In this document: in pieces, positions 8,754-18,214 of the stretch | Layout of the letters: every line of letters starts with the position of its first letter | Position numbering within the stretch: position 1 is the stretch's first letter | Assembly: GCA_964594455.1 (NCBI GenBank) | Contig: CAZQLY010000006.1 | Coordinates: 8,629-72,628, forward strand | Source: an uncultured Gammaproteobacteria bacterium | Lineage (GTDB): Bacteria > Patescibacteriota > Patescibacteriia > JAHIZJ01 | Length of the DNA: 64,000 nucleotides | Direction of reading: 5' to 3' | Program-made: the position numbers and the translations under genes | The notes under the pieces: model-generated | Told to the model about the DNA's origin: nothing | The model's input: only the letters and a program-made list of their open reading frames with translations | Databases searched by the model: none

Positions 8754-9472
8754 AATTCAGCGTTTGAATAAACAGTGCTGGTATCTTGATTATCATCTAA
8801 TTCGGTTAGTAAATTTACGAACTTGTCTTTTGTCTTGTCATCCAAGGCAACTGTATTTTGTGGTTCGAGGACCAATTCGGCCGAATCAGGCTTCAATCCT
8901 TTCTCAACCAGATTGTCATGTACTTTTTTAAGTTGTTCAGGCTGGGTAAATATTTCCAAACCATCTTCATCTATTTGAACATCTTCGGCGCCGGCTTCAA
9001 TAGCTATTAATTCCAGCTCATCCTGTGGCTTATCAGCTTGCTTGATAAATATTTTACCCTTAGGCGTAAATTGCCAAAGCACTGATTTTGGGGAGGCCAG
9101 TTTAGCATCGTGCTTTGTCAGTATAGCTCGTATTTCACTGGCGGTACGATTCTTATTGTCAGTTAGGGCTTCGATAATAATCCCCGCGCCGCTTGGACCC
9201 ATCGCTTCATAGATAACCGATTCAATAACCACCCCATCCAGTTCGCCAGCCCCGCGTTTGATGGCCCGTTCAATGTTTTCATTAGGCATATTTGCGCCCC
9301 GAGCCCGCTCGATTGCTAAACGCAGTTTGAAATTATGTTCGGGATTACTGTCACCACTCTCGCGGACAGCTGAGGCGATCAGGTTCCCGAGTTTAGTAAA
9401 AAGTGTGCCGCGTTTAGCATCAGCAGCACCTTTTTGCCTTTTAATTGTGGACCACTTGGAATGTCCTGACAC
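8750..9472 (-). CDS. yebC: YebC/PmpR-family transcriptional regulator
   Basis: MSGHSKWSTIKRQKGAADAKRG canonical N-terminus, 240 aa. Confidence 0.9.
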   Translation of the reverse strand: MSGHSKWSTIKRQKGAADAKRGTLFTKLGNLIASAVRESGDSNPEHNFKLRLAIERARGANMPNENIERAIKRGAGELDGVVIESVIYEAMGPSGAGIIIEALTDNKNRTASEIRAILTKHDAKLASPKSVLWQFTPKGKIFIKQADKPQDELELIAIEAGAEDVQIDEDGLEIFTQPEQLKKVHDNLVEKGLKPDSAELVLEPQNTVALDDKTKDKFVNLLTELDDNQDTSTVYSNAEL

Positions 9473-9537
9473 AAACGTTTAAATAAAAAAATTTAGACTA
9501 AAATCACCTGTAACTATAGCAAGATAAGCCTTGCCGG

Positions 9538-9570
9538 TCAATTTGCGATTTACGAAAAAAATGTTATAGT
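9538..9570 (+). promoter_or_regulatory. Candidate extended -10 promoter (TGtTATAGT) giving a near-leaderless mRNA for the downstream SIS gene
   Basis: TATAGT at 9565-9570 with TG two nt upstream. ATG at 9577 lies 7 nt after the -10. The -35 is weak. Confidence 0.3.
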
Positions 9571-9576
9571 TAGTGC

Positions 9577-10644
9577 ATGAAAACACTTAATGATACGCAA
9601 AAAATTTCCAAGCTGGATAAAAGCAAGATGTTTCGATCCATTGAAGAATTACCTCTTCAATGTGAGCAAGCCTGGACTGAAATAAAGCAGTTAAAAGTGC
9701 CTTCAAGATACAAAAAATACTCTCATATTGTGGTAAACGGTATGGGTGGCTCAGGTTTAGGGGCCCACACCGCCCTTTCTTTGTTTAGAAAGCAGCTCAA
9801 GATGCCATTTGAAATAACGCATAGCTATCAAATACCGAAAGCAGTCGGACCGAATACGCTTTATTTTGCTGTTAGTTATTCCGGGAACACTGAGGAAATA
9901 ATTTCGGCTTACCACAAAGCTAAAAAGCGTGGAGCCAAGATAGTAATTATTGCCAAAGGGGGTCAATTATCTCAATTGGCAAAGAAGGACAAACAGCTAG
10001 CTTACATATTTGAAGAAAAATATAATACTTGCCAGCAACCCAGAATGGGCGTTGGCTACAATCTGATATCTTTACTTGGACTTCTGAAAAAGTTAAAGCT
10101 GATTAACATTACTGACAGACAATTCGAATCAGCGCTGTTGGCTTGCCGTCGGGTCAATACTAAAAATAAAATAACGGTAAAAAATGGCCTGGCTAAAAAT
10201 ATCGCCAGTAAACTGCATGGTCACGTGCCAATCGTGGTGGCTTCTGAGTTTTTGGAGGGCAATGCCCATATCTTGTCCAATCAGATAAATGAAAACGGAA
10301 AGAATTTTGCGACCTACTTTACAATTCCAGAATTAAACCATCATTTATTGGAGGGGATGGGTAATCCAGCCGGAAAGACCGGAAACCTGTACTTTTCGTT
10401 TTTCACCTCGAACCTATACAACCCCAGAAACCAAAAGAGGTATGATATTACCAGAAAGATTTTGAACAAATATAAAGTAAAGTCGTTCACTTATAAACTT
10501 AAGGCCAAATCTGAATTAGCCCAATCGCTGGAAATGTTGGCCTTAGGCAGCTATATTGGATATTACCTTGCGATGTTAAATAATATTGATCCTTCACCAA
10601 TACCCTGGGTTGATTATTTCAAGGCTCAGCTTAAAAAGAGCTAG
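9577..10644 (+). CDS. SIS-domain sugar isomerase, bifunctional phosphoglucose/phosphomannose isomerase family
   Basis: SIS-like GMGGSGLG and YFAVSYSGNTEE motifs, 355 aa. Confidence 0.6.
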   Translation: MKTLNDTQKISKLDKSKMFRSIEELPLQCEQAWTEIKQLKVPSRYKKYSHIVVNGMGGSGLGAHTALSLFRKQLKMPFEITHSYQIPKAVGPNTLYFAVSYSGNTEEIISAYHKAKKRGAKIVIIAKGGQLSQLAKKDKQLAYIFEEKYNTCQQPRMGVGYNLISLLGLLKKLKLINITDRQFESALLACRRVNTKNKITVKNGLAKNIASKLHGHVPIVVASEFLEGNAHILSNQINENGKNFATYFTIPELNHHLLEGMGNPAGKTGNLYFSFFTSNLYNPRNQKRYDITRKILNKYKVKSFTYKLKAKSELAQSLEMLALGSYIGYYLAMLNNIDPSPIPWVDYFKAQLKKS

Positions 10645-10654
10645 GACAGTAAAC

Positions 10655-11563
10655 ATGAATCTTTTTGGAGCAGTGCAAAGGATAAAGCGATATCTTGTGG
10701 AAGATCGTCGTTATCGACGAGCTTTTTATTTTGTCTACTTTATTGTTTTAGTTGTCTTCTGGATAGTTGATGGGGGCCAGTATTCAAATGACATGATTTG
10801 GTTATGGCTGCTGGCAATTTTAATCTTCCTGCCCATGAAGGGATTTATGAAGGACTGGTGGCCGCTTCTGTTAACCCCTTTTGCCTATCGAGCCATGCAT
10901 GGTTTTACAGACTTATTAAACGAAAATGTTAACATTACTAATATTATTAGCTGGGAGAGAGGATTATTTGGCAACATTCCTACAATAATTTTGCAGGATT
11001 GGCTGCATTTGAGTTCTGAATTGCATTGGTATGACTTTATGCTTTCACTTTTTTATAGTTCATTTTATTTGCTGCCGATAGCAGCAGCCTTGATTCTATG
11101 GTTTAAAAAAAGGGAAGTTTTTCATATATTTGCTGATGGCTTTATCTTGATGACGCTGGCTGGTTATGCTACTTATGTTCTATTTCCAGCCATGCCGCCC
11201 TGGTTAGCCAGTCAAGGAGGATATCTGCCAGAAATCCCCAGGCTTTATGCTCAGGCCAGCCAAGCTATATTTAATATAGACCTGGCAGCTACTTATGCGT
11301 CTATGAAGGCTAATTTAGTAGCAGCCATGCCATCCCTTCATGCAGCTTGGCCGTTTTTTATCTTCCTATGTTTAGCTTTGGCTTTTCGTTGGAAATCTTT
11401 ATGGTTTGCCATCTTTCCTCTGGCAATTTGGTTCGGGATAGTATACTTAGGGGAACACTACGTGGTAGATGCTATAGCCGGAATAATATACGCCAGTTTA
11501 GCATTTATTATTTCAAAGTATTTATTTCAAAAAAAGACTAATGAAGATGAATTCGCGAGCTAG
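10655..11563 (+). CDS. PAP2-superfamily membrane phosphatase-like protein
   Basis: Multiple TM helices. PSLHAAW and GEHYVVDAIAG fit the PAP2 PSGH and SRx5Hx3D motifs. Internal Met start chosen to avoid overlap (track ORF starts at 10586). Confidence 0.55.
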   Translation: MNLFGAVQRIKRYLVEDRRYRRAFYFVYFIVLVVFWIVDGGQYSNDMIWLWLLAILIFLPMKGFMKDWWPLLLTPFAYRAMHGFTDLLNENVNITNIISWERGLFGNIPTIILQDWLHLSSELHWYDFMLSLFYSSFYLLPIAAALILWFKKREVFHIFADGFILMTLAGYATYVLFPAMPPWLASQGGYLPEIPRLYAQASQAIFNIDLAATYASMKANLVAAMPSLHAAWPFFIFLCLALAFRWKSLWFAIFPLAIWFGIVYLGEHYVVDAIAGIIYASLAFIISKYLFQKKTNEDEFAS

Positions 11564-13124
11564 AAAAACACTGCCAATCGTTATTATTTTTATTGTTTCA
11601 TTTGTATTCTTCTTTATATTGCAATATAGCCATACTTTGGCTGATCCGGATTCTTTTTATCATGCTAAGATGGCCTTGCTGATGAAGGATCAAATCGTGG
11701 TAAAATCTTTTCCTTGGCTGGGAGACTTCACGGTTTTAGGAGAAGCTTATACCGATCAGCATTATTTATACCATCTGTTTTTAATCCCTTTTGTCAGCTG
11801 GCTCAATCCTATTACCGGATTGAAATTAGCTACCGTTATTCTGGCTTCCTTGCTGGTAGTAACTTTTTATCTGGTCTTGAGCCGATTGCGTATTCCTTAT
11901 GCACCTTGGTTTAGTTTATCATTGCTAATCATCAGCCCACTGGTCTTCAGAGTTAGTCTGGCCAAAGCCCCGAGCTTCTCCCTGATAATATTTTTACTTG
12001 GAATATATTTTATAGTAGCGCATCGCTGGAAATGGCTGCTGGCACTGTCATTCATTTATGTCTGGGCGTATGGTGGTTTTGCTTTGATTGTTTTGGCCAG
12101 TGGCCTGTATCTGGGAATAAAAATATTAACTGACTTCCTGACAACGATATGGAGCGAGGGTATCAAAAAAGTAAAATGGCTCAGGACCTTTTTTCCTTGG
12201 GACACCTGGCGCTTGTTTTTAGTTTCGTTATTTGGAGTGGCTGCCGGAGTAGTAATCAATCCTTATTTCCCGCAAAACTTACAGTATTATCGCTATCAGC
12301 TGTATGAGATTGGTGTAAAAAATTATCAGAAGTTGATAGGAGTAGGCAGTGAATGGTATCCTTACGACCCGCTTTCTTTGATGAGCGACACAGTGTTTTT
12401 GACCATTTTATTCTTAGCTGCTCTGGCAATATTCATCGTGCAGATAAAAAAGCAAACTCACCGCGAAGTATTTTTTCTGGCTTTGGCCATAATTTTCCTT
12501 CAGTTAACATTGAAGTCTCGTCGCTATGTCGAATATTACGTACCCCTGAGCTGTTTATTTGGCAGTGTGGTGGCTGGTACGTATTTAGCCGGAGTAAATA
12601 TTACCAAAATATGGAATTCATTTGTTGATTTTTATACCAGAAAGAAAATAATCGTCACTATCATTGCACTGTATTTTTTAGTGACTGTTCCAACTATTAT
12701 TATCAAACATTATTTGGAAGAGAGAAGCAGTCTAACCAACGGTATCCCCTATACTAAATTTCAAAAAGTGGGACAGTGGCTAGGCGAACATTCTGAAAAA
12801 GGTGATATTGTCTTCCATAGCAGTTGGGATGAATTTCCTATGTTGTTTTATCACGATGATGTAAACAACTATATCGGTGGATTAGACGCTACATTTAACT
12901 ATCTTTATGATAAGGATATTTATCAGAAATGGGTTGACATAACTACTGGAGATAAGACAGATAATTTACATGAGATTATAAAAAATGACTTTCGGGCTAC
13001 CTATGTGCTAGCTAGCCAGAAACATAATGCCATGAAAAAAAATATCAATGACTCTAGTGGCTTTCGCCAGGTATATGAGGACAGTGAAGCAGTGGTATAT
13101 AAAGTATTATGTTGTGGAAAATAA
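11541..13124 (+). CDS. Polytopic membrane protein, putative GT-C type glycosyltransferase (ArnT/PMT-like)
   Basis: 527 aa, at least ten predicted TM segments then a soluble C-terminal domain. Function inferred from topology only. Confidence 0.4.
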   Translation: MKMNSRARKTLPIVIIFIVSFVFFFILQYSHTLADPDSFYHAKMALLMKDQIVVKSFPWLGDFTVLGEAYTDQHYLYHLFLIPFVSWLNPITGLKLATVILASLLVVTFYLVLSRLRIPYAPWFSLSLLIISPLVFRVSLAKAPSFSLIIFLLGIYFIVAHRWKWLLALSFIYVWAYGGFALIVLASGLYLGIKILTDFLTTIWSEGIKKVKWLRTFFPWDTWRLFLVSLFGVAAGVVINPYFPQNLQYYRYQLYEIGVKNYQKLIGVGSEWYPYDPLSLMSDTVFLTILFLAALAIFIVQIKKQTHREVFFLALAIIFLQLTLKSRRYVEYYVPLSCLFGSVVAGTYLAGVNITKIWNSFVDFYTRKKIIVTIIALYFLVTVPTIIIKHYLEERSSLTNGIPYTKFQKVGQWLGEHSEKGDIVFHSSWDEFPMLFYHDDVNNYIGGLDATFNYLYDKDIYQKWVDITTGDKTDNLHEIIKNDFRATYVLASQKHNAMKKNINDSSGFRQVYEDSEAVVYKVLCCGK

Positions 13125-13129
13125 AAAAC

Positions 13130-13160
13130 ACTTTCAGTGCAGTGTTTATTATTAAATCAG
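13130..13160. terminator. Bidirectional hairpin terminator (AACACT...AGTGTT) between convergent genes
   Basis: Inverted repeat flanked by A-run and T-run. Confidence 0.35.
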
Positions 13161-13161
13161 C

Positions 13162-13569
13162 TTAGGCTAAGCGCAGAAAACTTTCTTCTTCCCCGCTACC
13201 ATAGACCAGACCATCTATCACAAATGTAACAATCGCCCAGGCTAGGAGTATTACTGCCAGCCCTATGATAACAGTGGTGATTGTTTTTTTGGCTGTAGTA
13301 ATTCGCTCTTCATTGCCAGCGGCAGTTAACCAGAGGACGCCAGCATAAATTATCATAATAACCCCGATCAGCCCCAAAGAGAGCAATAACCATTTTACAA
13401 TATTGGTAAAAGAAGAAGGCAGGTCGTTAGGGAGGCCCAGCTGTTCTTCAACCTCAGAACTCACTCCGATGTCGGTGGTCTGAGCATTGAGTATTATTGG
13501 TAAAACCAAAAATGATATTCCCGCCAGGGCAAAGAATACTTTTAAAATTAATTGTTTTTCTAATCTCAT
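13162..13569 (-). CDS. T4SS-pilin-like (TrbC/VirB2-like) small membrane protein, paralog 1
   Basis: Signal peptide, then two C-terminal TM helices around IIYAGVLWLTAAGNEERITTAKKTITTVIIGLAVILLAWAIV. Confidence 0.65.
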   Translation of the reverse strand: MRLEKQLILKVFFALAGISFLVLPIILNAQTTDIGVSSEVEEQLGLPNDLPSSFTNIVKWLLLSLGLIGVIMIIYAGVLWLTAAGNEERITTAKKTITTVIIGLAVILLAWAIVTFVIDGLVYGSGEEESFLRLA

Positions 13570-13713
13570 AGCAGTTATTTTATATGACTTTTCATATCTA
13601 TTATAGGCTATGCTACACAAAAACACAAACCAGAGTTAACTAAAATAAAACTACCCCGGAAATATCAGGGATAGTTTTATGCAATATATTGCTTGATATA
13701 TTGACCTTGGCAA

Positions 13714-14088
13714 TTATGAGTTATTACTTGCGTCGATTAAGCCTTGAGTAACAAACCAGACGATTGCCCAAGCCAGCAGTATGATGACTAAACCGATGAT
13801 AGCAGCAGAAATAATTTTCTTGGCGCTAGCAATCCTTTCTTCATTACCAGCGGCAGTTAACCATATGAAACCACCATAAATTATCATGATGACAGCTACC
13901 AAAGCTAAGAATCCTAGTACCCAAGAAATGATGTTTGTGATCTGGTCGGCTAAAGAAGTGTCTTCATAACCGATAGCATTGCCAACATTATTAAGAATGT
14001 TGATGGCACCGAATGTGGTTGGGGCGAAAGTCAGAAGCAGCAGGCCGGCCAAACCGATGATCGAAACATAGCTAGTTAGTTTTTTCAT
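13714..14088 (-). CDS. T4SS-pilin-like (TrbC/VirB2-like) small membrane protein, paralog 2
   Basis: IIYGGFIWLTAAGNEERIASAKKIISAAIIGLVIILLAWAIVWFV. Signal peptide. GGGGG SD upstream. Confidence 0.7.
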   Translation of the reverse strand: MKKLTSYVSIIGLAGLLLLTFAPTTFGAINILNNVGNAIGYEDTSLADQITNIISWVLGFLALVAVIMIIYGGFIWLTAAGNEERIASAKKIISAAIIGLVIILLAWAIVWFVTQGLIDASNNS

Positions 14089-14204
14089 TATTTCACCCCC
14101 TTTCTTAGAAAACTTGCGTTTTTGTTATTAGATAATGTGTATATTATTTGCCTATCGAATATATTCTACACCAAGAAAGGCAATTTGTCAAACATAGTAA
14201 TAGA

Positions 14205-14573
14205 TTAAGACGCTCCTCTGAAGGCATCAATGACAAAATTGACTATAGCTAAGCTCAAGAAAGCTATAGCCATTCCAATGAGCGCCCAAACAATAGTGTC
14301 TTTGGCCTTTTTCACCTGTTCGGGGTTTCCAGCTGAATAAATGTATTGGAAGCCACCATAGATAACCATCACCAGGGCAAAAAGCGACAATATTCCCAAA
14401 AAGCCAGTTAGTAATCTAACTATTAAATCCTCGGCATCCATATTATTATCGCCAATAGGGTTATTTATACCAGCCGTGCCTCCTTCAGCCTGAACATAAT
14501 GTGGCGTAGTTAAAAATAAAACCAAAGCGCTAAATAACGTAAGTCCAATTAGGAAGAATGAAATGGATTTCAT
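14205..14573 (-). CDS. T4SS-pilin-like (TrbC/VirB2-like) small membrane protein, paralog 3 (more divergent)
   Basis: VIYGGFQYIYSAGNPEQVKKAKDTIVWALIGMAIAFLSLAIVNFVI, same architecture. Confidence 0.6.
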   Translation of the reverse strand: MKSISFFLIGLTLFSALVLFLTTPHYVQAEGGTAGINNPIGDNNMDAEDLIVRLLTGFLGILSLFALVMVIYGGFQYIYSAGNPEQVKKAKDTIVWALIGMAIAFLSLAIVNFVIDAFRGAS

Positions 14574-14603
14574 ATGATTGATAAAAGATAATTTGTATGA
14601 ATT

Positions 14604-16013
14604 CTATTCTTTAAGCTGTTCGTTTTGATTAATCATCAGCTCAGCCTCTTTGGTGGCGTTATTTTCGGTAATTTCATTATGCAGAACGCCATCAATCATG
14701 AAGGCAAAGGCTTCCTCAACCTTGGAGTAATCTTTGCCGTGATACCAGGATTGACTGGTTAAGGCTTGATTGACAAAGGGAGCTATTTCTTCGTCCTGGT
14801 CAATTTGCAGATTAATGATTTCTCGCAGGGCTGAAGGGCGAACCGTGGCATTAACATAATTCACCACCTGTTCTTTCTGAGTTGCAAAATAGAGAAAATC
14901 CCAGGCGTAATTAACGTTTTCAGAATTATTGTAAACGCTTTCTACCCAGTAATTAGCAAAGTTGGCTTCTTGATTGAGACTAATCTGGGGAAGAGGAGCA
15001 ATATCGAAGTTCAATCTAGGGGCGGCGTCTTCTATCATTGGCAAATGATAAGAGTATCCGATAAAGTAGGCTAATTGTCCTTGAGTGAAGGCCTCAAAAG
15101 AATCAGGTAATTCCTCGTTCCAGGTATAGGCTTGCTTGGAGGGGTTAGCCAGATCAGTGTAAAAGAGTAAAGCGTGTGACCCAGGATGAAATTTATTTCC
15201 GTCGGCATCCGCTATGGATTCGTTAAAGCTGGCCCGAAACTCATTTTTTTCATCAATCCGGCTCATGTCGGCTCCATCCTGGATCATTAGCAAAGAAAGA
15301 ATATCAACGTATCTTTGTATATTATTTGTTGTGCCAATGGCGACAGCTGATTGAGTAAGCTCGCCCTTGCTGTTTTCTTTGACTAGTTTTGGTATTTGTA
15401 CCAGCATTTCACTCCAGGTAGTTGGTGGTAAAGGAATATTGGCTTGATTAAGCATGTCTCGGTTGTAATACAGGGCTAGGTTATCGATACTATAAGGCAA
15501 ACCATAGACGCGTCTTTGTCCGTCTTCATCATAAAACACAACATCGTCCACTACTGCCGGTAAGAAAGTGTCTCGCATATCGCTAATTGAATATGTTTTT
15601 GTCTGATCAAGAACTTTTGTCTTTTCTTTTTTGAAGCCTAAAACGGTTCGAATCTCAATCTTTGGAATTTCTAATACTGGTGGCAAAGGAGCCATGAATT
15701 CCAAGTAGCCGCCTACCCAAGAGTTAGGGATAGAAAAAATATCAGGTCCCTCATCTCTAGCCCAGGCAGAAAGTAGCTCGTCTCTATATTCTTCGAAACG
15801 GAGTTTACGATATTCAAATTCAACATTAGGATGAGATTTGTGATACTCATCCATTATGTCTTTGAGGGTATCTTCTTCATCCCAGACGCGCCAAACCTTT
15901 AACGTTACAGGATTAAGTTCGACATCTTTGCCACCGCAGATGGCGCCGGTTAAAACTACCGAGCTTAGCAATAAAGCTATGGCTGATAATTTGATTGAGA
16001 ATCGTAAGCGCAT
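14604..16013 (-). CDS. Extracellular solute-binding protein (ABC transporter, family 1, sugar-binding type), lone
   Basis: Signal peptide, 469 aa. No permease or ATPase genes adjacent. Confidence 0.6.
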   Translation of the reverse strand: MRLRFSIKLSAIALLLSSVVLTGAICGGKDVELNPVTLKVWRVWDEEDTLKDIMDEYHKSHPNVEFEYRKLRFEEYRDELLSAWARDEGPDIFSIPNSWVGGYLEFMAPLPPVLEIPKIEIRTVLGFKKEKTKVLDQTKTYSISDMRDTFLPAVVDDVVFYDEDGQRRVYGLPYSIDNLALYYNRDMLNQANIPLPPTTWSEMLVQIPKLVKENSKGELTQSAVAIGTTNNIQRYVDILSLLMIQDGADMSRIDEKNEFRASFNESIADADGNKFHPGSHALLFYTDLANPSKQAYTWNEELPDSFEAFTQGQLAYFIGYSYHLPMIEDAAPRLNFDIAPLPQISLNQEANFANYWVESVYNNSENVNYAWDFLYFATQKEQVVNYVNATVRPSALREIINLQIDQDEEIAPFVNQALTSQSWYHGKDYSKVEEAFAFMIDGVLHNEITENNATKEAELMINQNEQLKE

Positions 16014-16885
16014 TATTTTACAACCTGCTTTAAATATTTTTTAAATTCTTTGTTAAGTTGTGGATGTTTCAAACCAAAAGCCACATTTGCTTTTAACCAT
16101 CCCAGCTTAGACCCCAGATCATATATCTGGCCCGACAGTTCGCAACCGAAGACCGCCCGTTTTTTGTTATATAAATCTACTGCATCGGCCAGCCAGATCT
16201 CTCCCCCTTTGCCCTTTTTAACTTTTCTCAAATAGCTGAATATGCTGGGCGGTAATACGTAACCTTTCAGAGAAGCCAGATTGGAAGGTGCTTGTTTCAA
16301 AGTTGGTTTTTCGATCACACCAGTAACTTCATGCACGTTCTTTTTTATATGCTTTATATAAGCGATGCCGTATTTGGTAATGTCGCTTTTTTTAACCGGC
16401 AGTAGCCCCATAACCGGTGATTCGTATTCTTTATAGACTTCAATCATCTTTTTGATTGGGTTTTCTTTTGAAACTATCAAATCATCTGGATACATCAGCA
16501 CAAAAGGCTCGTTACCAACTGCCGCCTCAGCCATCAAAGTGGCGTGCCCATTGCCCAGCGGTTGAGGTTGTCTGACATAAATAAAATTAGCCAACTGTTG
16601 AACTCGAGTGATGGCTTTTAAAGCTTCTCGTTTTTTGCTTTGTTTCAGGGTGCGCTCCAGCTCAGGATTTGAATCAAAGTGGTCTTCAATGGCGCGTTTA
16701 CTGGATCCGGTGACTAGTATAATGTCTTTTATTCCGGCGGCCACCGCCTCTTCAACTGATAGCTGTAAGCCTGGTGTATCAATTATCGGAAGCATTTCCT
16801 TAGGCAGGGCTTTGGTGGCGGGCAGAAAGCGTGTCCCGAATCCTGCTACTAAAATTACCGCTTTTTTTACTTTTGTGTTTTGCAT
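16013..16885 (-). CDS. galU: UTP-glucose-1-phosphate uridylyltransferase
   Basis: VILVAGFGTRFLPATKALPKEMLPI nucleotidyltransferase signature, 290 aa. Confidence 0.85.
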   Translation of the reverse strand: MQNTKVKKAVILVAGFGTRFLPATKALPKEMLPIIDTPGLQLSVEEAVAAGIKDIILVTGSSKRAIEDHFDSNPELERTLKQSKKREALKAITRVQQLANFIYVRQPQPLGNGHATLMAEAAVGNEPFVLMYPDDLIVSKENPIKKMIEVYKEYESPVMGLLPVKKSDITKYGIAYIKHIKKNVHEVTGVIEKPTLKQAPSNLASLKGYVLPPSIFSYLRKVKKGKGGEIWLADAVDLYNKKRAVFGCELSGQIYDLGSKLGWLKANVAFGLKHPQLNKEFKKYLKQVVK

Positions 16886-17009
16886 TGAATAAAGAGTCTA
16901 GGTGCTTAATTCCCGCTTATAATAACATAATTTCGCAAAAAAGTAAATTTATCAAACACAAAACCCCCGAAATATATAGTCAGGGGCTTTGTTTATATTT
17001 TTTCAGTTT

Positions 17010-17603
17010 TTATTTAGCAGCTGACTGATAACGCTCGTCCACAACCGACCAATCAATGATTCTCATGAAAGCCGATAAGTAATCAGCTTTCTTAGTCCCG
17101 TAATCAATGATAAAGGCATGTTCGAAGACGTCCAAAGGAAGTAAGACATGAGTACCAGCCATATGGCCAACATCATGTTCATTGACCCAGAGATTGATTA
17201 ATTTTTTTCCTATGGAATCATAAGCCAGGATAGTCCAGCCGATTCCTCGAGCCGAAGCAGTGGCTAGGAAGTCTTTTTTCCATTCTTCGACTGAGCCAAA
17301 ATCCTCAGTTATTTTTTGGGCCAAAGCAGATGAATCATCCAGACCCTTGGCGTCTTTGGTCATGGCGCTGAAATAATACTCATGAAGCCGCATGCCGTTG
17401 AATTCCCAGCCAAAGCGTCTCTTCATCTCAGCGAACATAGGTGTATCGTTCTTTCCCTCTTGGCGCAGCTCGGCTAGTTTTTCCAAGAGCAGGTTGGTGT
17501 TTTTGACATAGCCTTCGTAGAGCGTGAAGTGGGTTTGGAGAGCCTTCTCACTAAACCCTTCAGCACCTAGAAGCTGGTCGAATTTTTTTGGTTGATATGT
17601 CAT
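17010..17603 (-). CDS. sod: Fe/Mn superoxide dismutase
   Basis: Fe/Mn-SOD N- and C-domain motifs (DVFEHAFIIDYG), 197 aa. Confidence 0.85.
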   Translation of the reverse strand: MTYQPKKFDQLLGAEGFSEKALQTHFTLYEGYVKNTNLLLEKLAELRQEGKNDTPMFAEMKRRFGWEFNGMRLHEYYFSAMTKDAKGLDDSSALAQKITEDFGSVEEWKKDFLATASARGIGWTILAYDSIGKKLINLWVNEHDVGHMAGTHVLLPLDVFEHAFIIDYGTKKADYLSAFMRIIDWSVVDERYQSAAK

Positions 17604-17620
17604 AGGTTTACGTTTAATTA

Positions 17621-18214
17621 TTAAATTTTACCTACTAAACCTAAGCCTGGTTTGAGAGTCTTCTCACCCGGCCTCCAACGGGCGGGACAAACCTGGCCGG
17701 GGTTTTCTCTGACAAAGATAGCCGCTTGGAGCTTTCTGAGAAGCTCTTGAGCGCTACGCCCGATATTATTGTCATGAATCTCATAGGCTTTGATTTTGCC
17801 GTCAGGGTCAACGATAAAGCTGCCACGCAAAGCTAGGCCTTCATCAGTCAGATACACGTCCAACTCTTTGCAGAATTTCCCGGTTGGATCTGACAGCATA
17901 GGAAACTTTATTTTTTTAATAGCTTCCGAGTTGTCGTGCCAGGCTTTGTGTACAAACACAGTGTCTGTGCTGACGCTCATGATCTCGGCTCCGGCTTTTT
18001 GAAACTCCGGGTAAAGCTCAGCCGCGTCTTCCAACTCGGTTGGACAGACAAATGTAAAGTCAGCCGGATAAAAGATTAGAGCCACCCACTTTCCTTTATA
18101 ATCAGACAGCTTAATCTTTTTTATTTCTTCGTTGTGATAAGCCTCCAACTCAACGCTGCTGATATCCTTACCTATAAGATTATGATCCGGAGTCGGGGTT
18201 GTGGATTCGGTCAT
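17621..18214 (-). CDS. 2-Cys peroxiredoxin (AhpC/TSA family)
   Basis: FTFVCPTE peroxidatic-Cys motif and a C-terminal resolving-Cys region. Confidence 0.85.
   Translation of the reverse strand: MTESTTPTPDHNLIGKDISSVELEAYHNEEIKKIKLSDYKGKWVALIFYPADFTFVCPTELEDAAELYPEFQKAGAEIMSVSTDTVFVHKAWHDNSEAIKKIKFPMLSDPTGKFCKELDVYLTDEGLALRGSFIVDPDGKIKAYEIHDNNIGRSAQELLRKLQAAIFVRENPGQVCPARWRPGEKTLKPGLGLVGKI

Noticed and set aside
10586-10654. N-terminal extension of the PAP2-like ORF overlapping the SIS-domain gene
   Set aside because: The overlap of about 60 nt disappears with a start at Met 10655, which is preceded by a GGACAG motif. The extension has no hydrophobic or signal character.
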